NCBI GenBank assembly: GCA_036820565.1
Contig: DAISLG010000001.1
Location: forward strand, 10,614-56,979
Direction: 5' to 3'
From: Gaiellaceae bacterium
Lineage (GTDB): Bacteria > Actinomycetota > Thermoleophilia > Gaiellales > Gaiellaceae
Length of the DNA: 46,366 nt
Shown here: one piece after another, positions 8,501 through 16,621 of the stretch
How the letters are laid out: each line of letters begins with the position of its first letter
How positions within the stretch are numbered: the stretch's first letter is position 1
The notes under the pieces: model-generated
The model's input: the letters and a program-made list of their open reading frames with translations, nothing else
Databases searched by the model: none
Told to the model about the DNA's origin: nothing
Translations under genes and position numbers: made by a program

Positions 8501-9796
8501 CTACGAGACCACGCGAGGCTCGGGCAGCGGCACGACGAACTCGCCCCGGAACCCCCGCTCGCGGAGCTTCGGGATCAGTCCGTCCGCGATGTGCCACGAG
8601 AGCATCAGCGCGTACTCGGGCTGCTCGGCGATGAGCCGGCTTTCCTCGACGATCGGGATGTGGCTCGCGGGTGTGTAGAGCCCGTTCTTGAGCGAACCCG
8701 GAGGCTCCACCACGTACTCGACGAGGTCCGAGTCGATCCGGCAGTAGTTGAGGAGCATGCTCGAGCGCGCGGGCGCCCCGACCCCGACGATTCGCGCGCC
8801 CTGCGAGCGCAGCTCGAGCAGGAGGCCGAGGAGGGCGTGCTTCGAGGCGACCACCCGGCTCCGGAACTCCCCGAGCCGCTCCGCCCCGTAGAGGCCGTAC
8901 TCCTCCTCCTCGCGTCGCTGCGCCTCTAGGCGCTCGGAGGGCTCGCCCTTGCCCTTGACCGCCCAGACTCGGATCGAGCCGCCGTGCGTCGGCACCCGCT
9001 CGCAGTCGACGACGGAGAAGCCGGCGCGCTCCAGGATCGCCGTCAGGGGCCTCAGGCCGTAGAAGCGCAGGTGCTCGTGGTAGATCGTGTCGTACTGGAG
9101 CCCCTGCACCAGGTCCAGCAGGTAGTGCGACTCGGAGACGAGCATGCCGCCGTCCTCTAGGAGCGCCGAGACGCCGCGCAGGAAGGGGAACAGGTTCGGC
9201 ACGTGCGCGAGCACGTTCGTGGCGCTGACGACCGACGCGTGGCCGTGCTCGGCGACGACGCGCTCCGCGACCGCCTCGTCGAAGTACGCCTGCACCGTCG
9301 GCACCCCGTTCTGCTCGGCGATCGCCGCGATGTCCGTCGGCTCGATCCCGAGCACGCGCAGTCGGTGCGGCAGGAAGCCCTTCAGCAACGTCCCGTCGTT
9401 CGAGCCGATGTCGATCGCGAGATTCCCCTCCCCAAGCGAGCCGCGCTCGACCGCCTTGTCGGCAAGGTCGGCGAAGTCCTCGACGAGGATCCGGGTCATG
9501 CCCGTCTGGTACGGGTAGTCGCGCGGGAAGACGATCTCCGGGTCGAGCGCGTAGCCGAGCTGGACGAGGCCGCAGTCGGGGCAGCGGAGGAGCGCGACCG
9601 GGTAGTGCGTCTCGGGCTCGCGGATCCGGTCCGGCGTCAGGAACGCCTGCACGGGCGGCTGCGGCAGGAAGTCGAGAACGGTCTCGAGCCCGCTCGAAGA
9701 GCATGCTTGGCACGCGGTGATCGGACCCGCGACGACCTCCTCGCTGCGGACGGCTATGTCGGCACCTCCTCTCGTCGCAGCTCGCCTGCGTACCAC
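8501..9796 (-). CDS. NDP-hexose C-methyltransferase family protein (TylCIII/EvaC-like)
   Basis: This is the real part of track ORF 8501..10792. It has a Cys-rich zinc site (CQACSSSG...LLRCPDCGLVQL), SAM motif LAIDIGSNDGTLL and a C-terminal domain (HLRFYGLRPL, VPTHGGSIRVWA). There is no ATG/GTG/TTG between the upstream stop (9754) and the first conserved residues. I therefore propose GTG 9796 (43-nt overlap), but the start is uncertain. Confidence 0.75.
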   Translation of the reverse strand: MVRRRAATRGGADIAVRSEEVVAGPITACQACSSSGLETVLDFLPQPPVQAFLTPDRIREPETHYPVALLRCPDCGLVQLGYALDPEIVFPRDYPYQTGMTRILVEDFADLADKAVERGSLGEGNLAIDIGSNDGTLLKGFLPHRLRVLGIEPTDIAAIAEQNGVPTVQAYFDEAVAERVVAEHGHASVVSATNVLAHVPNLFPFLRGVSALLEDGGMLVSESHYLLDLVQGLQYDTIYHEHLRFYGLRPLTAILERAGFSVVDCERVPTHGGSIRVWAVKGKGEPSERLEAQRREEEEYGLYGAERLGEFRSRVVASKHALLGLLLELRSQGARIVGVGAPARSSMLLNYCRIDSDLVEYVVEPPGSLKNGLYTPASHIPIVEESRLIAEQPEYALMLSWHIADGLIPKLRERGFRGEFVVPLPEPRVVS

Positions 9797-10698
9797 TCGT
9801 ACGTCCGCCGGAGCCCGTCTTCGAGCTCGACCTCGGGCGAGAAGCCTAGAAGCTCGCATGCCTTCGCCACATCGGGGACGCGGCGGCGCGTGCCCTCTCC
9901 CTCGAAGGTGACGTGCCGGGGCTCGACGGGCTTGCCCGCTACGCGCGCGAGCAGCTCCGCGAGCTCGTTGATCGTTCGTTCCTCGGCGGGGTTGCCGACG
10001 TTCAGGATCTCGTTCGCGGCGCCCGGCGCCTCGACCGCCGCGACCGTCGCAGCGACGGCGTCGTCGACGTAGCAGAAGCTCCGCGCCTGTTCGCCGTCGC
10101 CCTGGATCGTGAACTCCTCCCCGAGCTCGAGCCGCCGGATGAACTGCGGGATCACGTGATCCCAGCCCATCGCCGGTCCGTAGACGTTGTGGTAGCGGAG
10201 GATCGTGAACTCGAAGCCGCGCCTGCGCGCGTAGTTCGCGACCACGAGCTCGCCCGCGATCTTGCTCCCGCCGTAGGACCAGCGCGGGTTCAGCGGATCC
10301 GGAACGCACAGGGGCTCCGCCTCCTGCGTCGGAAAGACCGCGGGCAGGCCGTACACCTCGGAGGACGAGGAGAAGACGAGGCGGCGGACGCGCTCCGCGG
10401 CGCACGCCTCGGCGACGTTGAGCACGCCGCGCAAGTTCACGTCGAGAACCTCGTCCGGCATCCGGTAGAAGTTGCCCGTCCCCTGGATCGCCGCCAGGTG
10501 AGCGATGACCTCTGCGCCCGTAGCGGCGTCTCGCACCGCGGCCGCGTCGCGAACGTCCGCCTCGACGACGTCGACGCCCGGCGAACCCGAGCCGCGGAAG
10601 CCGTTGTCGAGCGCGACGACGTCGTGCCCTCGCTCGGCGAGCGCGCTCGCGAGCGGCGCGCCGAGGAAGCCGAGCCCCCCGGTCACGAGGATCCTCAC
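9754..10698 (-). CDS. NAD-dependent epimerase/dehydratase (extended SDR)
   Basis: MRILVTGGLGFLGAPL Rossmann motif and YGGSKIAGE (YxxxK). 314 aa. Confidence 0.9.
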   Translation of the reverse strand: MRILVTGGLGFLGAPLASALAERGHDVVALDNGFRGSGSPGVDVVEADVRDAAAVRDAATGAEVIAHLAAIQGTGNFYRMPDEVLDVNLRGVLNVAEACAAERVRRLVFSSSSEVYGLPAVFPTQEAEPLCVPDPLNPRWSYGGSKIAGELVVANYARRRGFEFTILRYHNVYGPAMGWDHVIPQFIRRLELGEEFTIQGDGEQARSFCYVDDAVAATVAAVEAPGAANEILNVGNPAEERTINELAELLARVAGKPVEPRHVTFEGEGTRRRVPDVAKACELLGFSPEVELEDGLRRTYEWYAGELRREEVPT

Positions 10699-11225
10699 AG
10701 CTCGAGATGTCCCGCGGCGACGGCGAGGCAGAGGACGGCGACGTGCGGCGCCATCCGCAGCTCGCTCCGCGCGACGAGCGCGCGCAGCTCACGGCGATCG
10801 ACGAACCGCAGTTCGAGCTGCTCGTCGGTGTCCGGCTCGGCAGCGCCCCGCCTCACCGCAGGCGCGAAGAACGCCCACTGCCGCGTCTCCATCCGCCCCG
10901 AATCGGTGTGGAGTGCGCCGAGCAGAATCATCTCGTCGGCGGCGCAGCCAGTCTCCTCGAGGAGTTCGCGGGTCATCGCGTCCGCAGGCTCCTCCCCGGG
11001 CTCGACGGCTCCGCTCGGGAGCTCGAGCACGTCGCGCTCCACCGCGGGGCGAAACTGGCTCACGAGGGGCACGCACCCGTCCTCGGTGACGGCGAGAACG
11101 GCGCAGTACTCGCCGGTGCGTACCGAGTAGAACGTCTCCTCACCCCGCGGCGGAGGCAGGAGCACCCGCTTCGCGACGACGTCCAGCCAGGGGCAGGAGT
11201 ACTCGACGGAGCGGGCGACGATCAA
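10695..11225 (-). CDS. Nudix hydrolase
   Basis: This is the real part of track ORF 10695..12557. TTG 11225 overlaps the upstream TGA (TTGA). The Nudix box is GAVEPGEEPADAMTRELLEETG. Confidence 0.8.
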   Translation of the reverse strand: MIVARSVEYSCPWLDVVAKRVLLPPPRGEETFYSVRTGEYCAVLAVTEDGCVPLVSQFRPAVERDVLELPSGAVEPGEEPADAMTRELLEETGCAADEMILLGALHTDSGRMETRQWAFFAPAVRRGAAEPDTDEQLELRFVDRRELRALVARSELRMAPHVAVLCLAVAAGHLEL

Positions 11226-12454
11226 GCGACCACCGGCTGTTTGCGAAAGAAGCCCCACACGTCGACGAGGTCGACCCCGGCCGGGATGTCGAGCCCCTGG
11301 TAGAGGTCGTGCGGCGCGCCCACGACGACGACGTCGCAGGTCGCGACGAGCTCCTCCGCCGAGACGAACGATGGGTCGTCCACGAACGCGTCCGCGCACA
11401 CGACCTCGGCACCGTGGAACCGCAGGATCTTGCGGAGCTTGTAGGCAAGCGAGTCCCGAACGTCGTCGATGTTCGCTTTGAAGGCCATCCCGAGGATCCC
11501 GACGCGCTTCTCGGCGAGGTCCGGGTGGCGCGCGCGCAGCGAGTCGACGATGAAGTTCGCGAGCCCCTCGTTCACGAGCATTGCGGCGTGGCCGAGCTGG
11601 AAGTTGCCGCGCTGGAAGGCCGACAGCTGCATCGTGTCCTTGAGCAGGCACGGCCCGGCGGTGAACCCCGGCAGCGGCAGATCGCTCGCCCGGTCGTAGC
11701 CCTCGGTCATCGCTCGGTGGATCGAGAAGAAGTCGGCGCCGAGCTCCTCCGCGACCATGTAGAACTGGTTCGCGATCGCGAACTGGATGTAGCGCCACGC
11801 GTTCAGGAAGAGCTTCGCAAGCTCGGCCTCCTCGACCTCGACGACGATCAGCCGGTCCGTCAGCCGCTGCCAGAGCCGCAGCGCCGTTTCGACCCCGTCC
11901 TGTGTGATGGCCGAGACGATCTGCGGCAGCCGGTCGAGCTCGGAGATCGCGTAGCCCTGGACGATTCGCTCGGGGCAGTACGAGACCTCGACGCTCGAGC
12001 CCAGTCCCTCCAGAGTGCGCTGAAGCTCGCGGGTCGTCCCCGGATAGACCGTGCTCCGCAGCATCAGATGCTGGTCGGCGCGTAGGCGGGGTGCGATCTG
12101 GCGCGCGAGGTCGAACATCGGCTGGAAGCGCGGGTTCAGATACTCGTCGACCGGCGTCCCGATCGTGACGACGACATAGTCCGCCTCTTCCAGGCGCGCG
12201 TCGTCGTCGAGCAGGTGGAAGGAGCTGCCAAGCACGGCGGGAAGGACGGTCTCGGCTCCGTACTCGAGGAATGGCATCCGTCCCGACCGCACGGTCTCGC
12301 GGCGGCTCTCGTCGAGGTCGTACGCGCCGACCTGGAGGCCCGCCTTCGCGAGCATCATCCCGAGCGGAAGCCCGACGTGGCCGCAGCCGCCGAAGACGAA
12401 GACGTCGAGTGACTTCGTGCCGCTCTGCATCCGCTGCTTTATACCGTCCGCCAT
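11222..12454 (-). CDS. nucleotide-sugar 6-dehydrogenase (UDP-glucose/GDP-mannose dehydrogenase family)
   Basis: FVFGGCGHVGLPLG NAD motif, catalytic-Cys region FTAGPCLLKDT, and GMAFKANIDDVRDS in the C-terminal domain. Confidence 0.9.
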   Translation of the reverse strand: MADGIKQRMQSGTKSLDVFVFGGCGHVGLPLGMMLAKAGLQVGAYDLDESRRETVRSGRMPFLEYGAETVLPAVLGSSFHLLDDDARLEEADYVVVTIGTPVDEYLNPRFQPMFDLARQIAPRLRADQHLMLRSTVYPGTTRELQRTLEGLGSSVEVSYCPERIVQGYAISELDRLPQIVSAITQDGVETALRLWQRLTDRLIVVEVEEAELAKLFLNAWRYIQFAIANQFYMVAEELGADFFSIHRAMTEGYDRASDLPLPGFTAGPCLLKDTMQLSAFQRGNFQLGHAAMLVNEGLANFIVDSLRARHPDLAEKRVGILGMAFKANIDDVRDSLAYKLRKILRFHGAEVVCADAFVDDPSFVSAEELVATCDVVVVGAPHDLYQGLDIPAGVDLVDVWGFFRKQPVVA

Positions 12455-13446
12455 CCTCCGCCGGCTCTCGAAGCCTCGGCCAGCCGCTGCGCCCGGAGAC
12501 CCTCGTGAAACGACGGCGACGCGGGTCGGCCCTCGCGGATCGCCTCGACCAGCTCACGCGCGAGCTCGACGAACGGCGCGATCCTCCCGTCCTCCTCCGG
12601 CGCCTCGGGGAGCGCGACCTCGGCTCCGTTCAGTGCGAGCCGGAACCCGCGCATGTAGTCCGAGACGTCGGGATTGTCGAGGATGAGCGTTCCCTCCTCG
12701 CCGAAGAACTGAAGCGAGTGGCCGCGGCCGTGGGCGGCGACGGTCGAGATCGAGAGCGTGACGTGCGTACCGTCGACGAGCCGCATCAGCGCGGCGCACG
12801 CATCGTCGGAGCTACCACGGCCGAGCAGCGTCGGGGCTGTGCCGCAGAGGCTCTCGACGGGGCTCAGCAGCCATTCCACGTAGTCGAACGAGTGCACGCC
12901 GAGGGCGAGGAGCGCTCCGCCGCCCGCTTCGGCGTCGTCCTTCCAGCTGGGTGCGGGGCCGGCCGCGAGCCGGCTGCCCAGGTGCCAGGCGATCTCGAGC
13001 TGGAGGACGCGACCGATCGCGCCGTCGGACAAGAGCTCGCGCGCACGGCGGAACGACGGCAGTCCGCGGAACTCGAAGTCGACGAGGGTCGGCACGCCCG
13101 CGGCGGCAGCGAGCTCCGCGAGCCGCTCCGCCTCGTCGCAAGTCGCGGCGAGAGGCTTTTCGCACAGCACCGGCTTTCGCACCTCGAGCGCCGCCGCCAC
13201 GATCTCGGCATGCGCCGCCGGCGGCGTCGCGACGCTGACGAGGTCGACCGCGGGATCGGCCACGAGCCGGCGCCAGTCGCCGTACGCGTTCGGGACGCCC
13301 GCCTCGTCAGCGACCTGACGCGCACGGGCACCGTCGCGGGCGCAGACCGCGGCGACTCGCACTCCCTCCGGCTCGAGTCGCCGAAACGCGGGGATCTGGA
13401 CGCGGGCGCCGAAGCCGAGACCGACGATGCCGACGCCGAGCGTCAT
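12439..13446 (-). CDS. Gfo/Idh/MocA family oxidoreductase
   Basis: VGIVGLGFGARVQIPAF N-terminus and the family-typical VLCEKPLA. It overlaps the downstream gene start by 16 nt. Confidence 0.9.
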   Translation of the reverse strand: MTLGVGIVGLGFGARVQIPAFRRLEPEGVRVAAVCARDGARARQVADEAGVPNAYGDWRRLVADPAVDLVSVATPPAAHAEIVAAALEVRKPVLCEKPLAATCDEAERLAELAAAAGVPTLVDFEFRGLPSFRRARELLSDGAIGRVLQLEIAWHLGSRLAAGPAPSWKDDAEAGGGALLALGVHSFDYVEWLLSPVESLCGTAPTLLGRGSSDDACAALMRLVDGTHVTLSISTVAAHGRGHSLQFFGEEGTLILDNPDVSDYMRGFRLALNGAEVALPEAPEEDGRIAPFVELARELVEAIREGRPASPSFHEGLRAQRLAEASRAGGGWRTV

Positions 13447-13449
13447 GCG

Positions 13450-14535
13450 CTACCGGGGCTGCGGAAGCGCCCGGCGGAGAGGCCCCTTCGCGATGTCGGA
13501 GCCGTGGCGCCGGAAGCTCGCGAAGACCGCGTCGAGGTCGACCGTGACCTCCCATTCCGGGTAGTCCGTGCGGAAGCGGCGCAGGTTCGTGATGTAGCAG
13601 ATGTGGTCGCCGCGTCGCGGCTCGTCGACGTACTCCGTCCTCATCCGGACGCCGAGGAGCTCCTCGAACCGCGCGATCGCCTCGAGCAGCGAGACGCTGT
13701 TCTCGCGCCCGCCGCCGAGGTTGTAGACCGCGCCCGCGGAAGGCCGCTCGGCGAACGCCATGATCGCCGTGCAGACGTCGCGGGAGTGGATGTTGTCGCG
13801 GACCTGCTTCCCCTTGTAGCCGAAGATTCTGTAGGTCAGGCCTTCCTGCGCAGCGCGGACGAGGTAGGCGAGGAAACCGTGCAGCTCGGCGCCCGAGTGG
13901 TTGGGGCCAGTCAGGCAGCTTCCGCGGAAGCAGACCGTGGGCATGCCGAAGTAGCGTCCGTACTCCTGCACGAGCAGGTCGGCGGAGGCCTTGGAGGCGC
14001 CGAAGAGGCTGTGCATCGTCGCGTCGATCCGGCAGCTCTCGTCGATCCCGTCGCGCATCGCGGCGTCGGCGTAGTCCCAGCGCGTTTCGAGCTCGACGAG
14101 CAGCAGCTCGTTTGGCGCGTCACCGTAGACCTTGTTCGTCGAGAGGAAGACGAAGGGTGCTTCCGGGCATGCCTGTCGCGCCGCCTCGAGCAGGTTCAGC
14201 GTCCCGAGCGCGTTCACCTCGAAGTCGTCGAAAGGACGCGCGGCGGCGAGGTCGTGCGAGGGCTGGGCGGCGGCGTGCACGACCAGGTCCGGCCGGACCT
14301 CTCGGATGAGCTTCGCGATTCCGTCGCGGTCCCGGACGTCGAGGTCGTGGTGCTCGAACCGATCCGTCTCGCGGCGCAGTCGTTCGAGGTTCCAGGTCGT
14401 GTCCCCGTGCTCGCCGAAGAAGTCGCGCCGCATGTTGTTGTCGACGCCGTGGACGACCCAGCCGCGTTCGTCGAGGAAGCTCACCATCTCGGAGCCGATC
14501 AGCCCGCTCGAGCCGGTGACGAGAGCGCGTTTCAT
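13450..14535 (-). CDS. extended SDR, CDP-tyvelose/paratose 2-epimerase-like
   Basis: ATG 14535 lies inside track ORF 13450..14928. It has [25 protein letters not shown] and [12 protein letters not shown]. It reads SLFGASK where the YxxxK motif is expected. Confidence 0.85.
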   Translation of the reverse strand: MKRALVTGSSGLIGSEMVSFLDERGWVVHGVDNNMRRDFFGEHGDTTWNLERLRRETDRFEHHDLDVRDRDGIAKLIREVRPDLVVHAAAQPSHDLAAARPFDDFEVNALGTLNLLEAARQACPEAPFVFLSTNKVYGDAPNELLLVELETRWDYADAAMRDGIDESCRIDATMHSLFGASKASADLLVQEYGRYFGMPTVCFRGSCLTGPNHSGAELHGFLAYLVRAAQEGLTYRIFGYKGKQVRDNIHSRDVCTAIMAFAERPSAGAVYNLGGGRENSVSLLEAIARFEELLGVRMRTEYVDEPRRGDHICYITNLRRFRTDYPEWEVTVDLDAVFASFRRHGSDIAKGPLRRALPQPR

Positions 14536-14580
14536 CCGCCCCAGCCTAGCCTTGCCCGGAACGGTAGGCTCTCCGATCCG
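14536..14580. promoter_or_regulatory. 45-bp divergent spacer with inverted repeat AGCCTA-N16-TAGGCT
   Basis: It lies between start codons 14535 (-) and 14581 (+). The sequence is ccgccccAGCCTAgccttgcccggaacggTAGGCTctccgatccg. Confidence 0.3.
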
Positions 14581-15447
14581 ATGAGCGTGAAGTCGATGAT
14601 CGGCTCCCAGGTCGCGCGCCGCGCTCCGCGTCTCGGCGACAAGATGGCGCTGGCAGCGTGGCGCCGGAAGAACAAGGATCGGGCCGTGCCGGCAGCGCAC
14701 GATCCGCTCGTCGAGCGGCTGCGGCGCGACGGTGTGCTGATCACGGACGTCGAGACCGTGTTCGGGGACCGATCGCTCTTCGAGGCCGCGGACGCGCACG
14801 CGAAGCGCCTGTATGCGCAGCCACGCGACCGTGAGGAAGCCGCGGCGGGGAGCAAGGCGACGTACCTGACGAAGCTCGCGACGCGCTCGTACGGCGCGGA
14901 CGATCCGTTCGTCCAGCTCGCTTTGCATCCGCGTGCCCTCGCGATCGCGAACGGCTACCTTGGCCTCAGGAGCACCCTGCGCGCGCTAGATCTCTGGCTG
15001 ACGCAGCCCACCGAGGGCCCGGCGATCCAGACGCAGCTCTGGCACCGCGACGGCGACGACCTCGTGAACATGAAGATGTTCGTCTACTTCACCGACGTCT
15101 CGCGTCCGTCGGGGCCGCTCACCTACGCGCCGCAGACGCATCCGCTTGGTGCGAAGCGCGAGCTTCCCGACCACGACGACCACGCACGCTCGACCGACGA
15201 CCAGCTCGCGAAGATCGTCCCGGAGCGCGAGTGGGTGCTCTGCGAGGGCAAGGCCGGCACGGTCGTCTTCGCGGACACCTGCGGGTACCACAAGCAGCTG
15301 AAGCCGGAGACCGATGAGCGGCTGCTGCTGATGTCGCACTACGTCTCCGGCACGCCCCAGGTGCCGCACGAGCTGGAGATCCGCGGCCTCGACGGAGGAG
15401 AGCTCTCGGAAGACCAGTACGTGGCGGCCTTCGACCGGATGCGCTAG
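14581..15447 (+). CDS. PhyH-like Fe(II)/2-oxoglutarate dioxygenase
   Basis: ATG 14581 lies inside track ORF 12271..15447, whose upstream part is antisense to three solid minus-strand genes. WHRDGDD (HxD) and the later CGYHK fit a facial triad. The call rests on motif resemblance only. Confidence 0.65.
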   Translation: MSVKSMIGSQVARRAPRLGDKMALAAWRRKNKDRAVPAAHDPLVERLRRDGVLITDVETVFGDRSLFEAADAHAKRLYAQPRDREEAAAGSKATYLTKLATRSYGADDPFVQLALHPRALAIANGYLGLRSTLRALDLWLTQPTEGPAIQTQLWHRDGDDLVNMKMFVYFTDVSRPSGPLTYAPQTHPLGAKRELPDHDDHARSTDDQLAKIVPEREWVLCEGKAGTVVFADTCGYHKQLKPETDERLLLMSHYVSGTPQVPHELEIRGLDGGELSEDQYVAAFDRMR

Positions 15448-16511
15448 GAGGGTTCGGCGAGCTGCGCGACCGCGTCCGCCCAGGCAGCGGGCGTGAAGCT
15501 CGCCACGATCTCACGTGACCGGGCGCCCATGCGCGCGCGGAGCGGCGCGTCCTCGGCCAGCCGGCGCATCGCCTCGACGAGCCCGCGCTCGTCGTCGACG
15601 CGAACGCGGAAGCCGTTCCCGTCTTCCTCGATCAGGTCCGACGCCGCGCCGACGCCATCGGTCGCGACGAGTGGGAGCCCGGCCTCGGCGGCTTCGTTCA
15701 GGACCATTCCCCACGGCTCCGAGCGAGACGGAAGCACGAAGACATCGGCTTCGGCCAGGAGCCGGACGATCTCCTCGCGGCCGACGGCGCCGGTGAAGCG
15801 GACGCGGTCTCCGGCCAGCGCCCGCAGGCGCTTCTCCTCCGAGCCCGAACCCGCGACCAGGAGCTCGCCCGGAACGTTTGCGAAGGCGCGAAGCAGCGTG
15901 TCCAGCCCCTTCTCGCGGTCGAGGCGACCGGCGTAGAGGAACGTGCAGCGCTCGCGGCCTCTGCGGTCGACGGCCGCAGCGCCGTAGACGGAAGCGTCCG
16001 CCGCGTTCGGCGCCACGACGAGCCGGTCCTCGGGGGCGCCGAGCGCCAGCGCGTACTCCTTGGCGGCGGCGCCGGGCACGAAGTAGCCGTCTGCGGCGCG
16101 GACCAGCGCGCGCTTCGCCCACTCGAGCCCGCGAGCCTCCGAGCGTGTGTCGTGTGCCGTCGACTCGATCCAGAGCACGAGCTTCCGCCTACGCGTCTTG
16201 CACCAGGCGAGCGCCTGCCAGAACGCAGGCTGGTTCCAACCGCCGACCCCGACGACGTCGGGATCGAAGCGCTCGAGCTCCCGGATCACACCGCGGGAGA
16301 GCACGATCCAGCGCCCGCCGCGTCGAAGCTGGCGCCCGCGCAGGACTTGCATCTCGAAGCGCACCTCATCCGGCTCGAGCCGGTAGTAGGCCCGGCGGGG
16401 ATCCGTCTCCGCGAGGAAGAGCGCGCGGAACTCGAGCCGCTCGGCGAGCGCGTTGTAGAGCGGCACGCGGTACGGCGCGGCGATCTCGCCGAGCAGCGCG
16501 AGGCGCGTCAC
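15444..16511 (-). CDS. GT4 family glycosyltransferase
   Basis: I prefer GTG 16511 because it is preceded by GAAAGGGGG with a 9-nt spacer. The track start 16568 would add 19 unlikely residues. The E-x7-E region is SEPWGMVLNEAAEAGLPLVATDGVG. Confidence 0.85.
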   Translation of the reverse strand: MTRLALLGEIAAPYRVPLYNALAERLEFRALFLAETDPRRAYYRLEPDEVRFEMQVLRGRQLRRGGRWIVLSRGVIRELERFDPDVVGVGGWNQPAFWQALAWCKTRRRKLVLWIESTAHDTRSEARGLEWAKRALVRAADGYFVPGAAAKEYALALGAPEDRLVVAPNAADASVYGAAAVDRRGRERCTFLYAGRLDREKGLDTLLRAFANVPGELLVAGSGSEEKRLRALAGDRVRFTGAVGREEIVRLLAEADVFVLPSRSEPWGMVLNEAAEAGLPLVATDGVGAASDLIEEDGNGFRVRVDDERGLVEAMRRLAEDAPLRARMGARSREIVASFTPAAWADAVAQLAEPS

Positions 16512-16528
16512 TTTGATCGACCCCCTTT

Positions 16529-16559
16529 CAAAACGAAGCGCGGCCTCCCTGGCCGCGCT
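16529..16559 (-). terminator. intrinsic-terminator-like hairpin plus U-tract
   Basis: The minus strand reads AGCGCGGCC-AGGGA-GGCCGCGCT followed by TCGTTTTG. This is a 9-bp GC stem with a 5-nt loop. It sits between the GT2 stop (16622) and the GT4 start (16511). Confidence 0.5.
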
Positions 16560-16575
16560 GGACGGCACGACGCGT

Positions 16576-16618
16576 CGTCCTCAGTCGCCCCCATAGCGCT
16601 GCTATGGAGGCTCCCTGC
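16576..16618. repeat. conserved hairpin motif, copy A (partner at 41608..41650)
   Basis: The sequence is cgtcctcagtcgcccccatagcgctgctatggaggctccctgc. It shares the 13-nt flank cgtcctcagtcgc and the CCCATA...TATGG stem with copy B. Confidence 0.6.
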
Positions 16619-16621
16619 GTC

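Noticed and set aside
7320-9713. 797-aa minus-strand ORF
   Set aside because: The translation is Arg/Ala/Pro/Gly-rich and low in complexity. It lies out of frame across two well-supported genes (the GT at 7253-8494 and the C-methyltransferase). This is the typical GC-driven open frame.
9797-10792. Upstream extension of track ORF 8501..10792, and likewise 11226..12557 of ORF 10695..12557
   Set aside because: These extensions run out of frame through the SDR and dehydrogenase genes, which carry clear Rossmann and catalytic motifs. I trimmed both ORFs to the conserved domains.
12271-15447. 1058-aa plus-strand ORF
   Set aside because: Only the last 288 codons, from ATG 14581, look like a protein (PhyH-like). 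The upstream 2.3 kb is antisense to three strongly supported minus-strand genes and translates to Arg/Asp/Glu-rich sequence.
16567-16578. 12-nt palindrome ACGACGCGTCGT next to hairpin motif A as a separate operator
   Set aside because: It is short and GC-rich, and copy B of the motif has no counterpart. It is most likely chance, so I only note it under the spacer finding.
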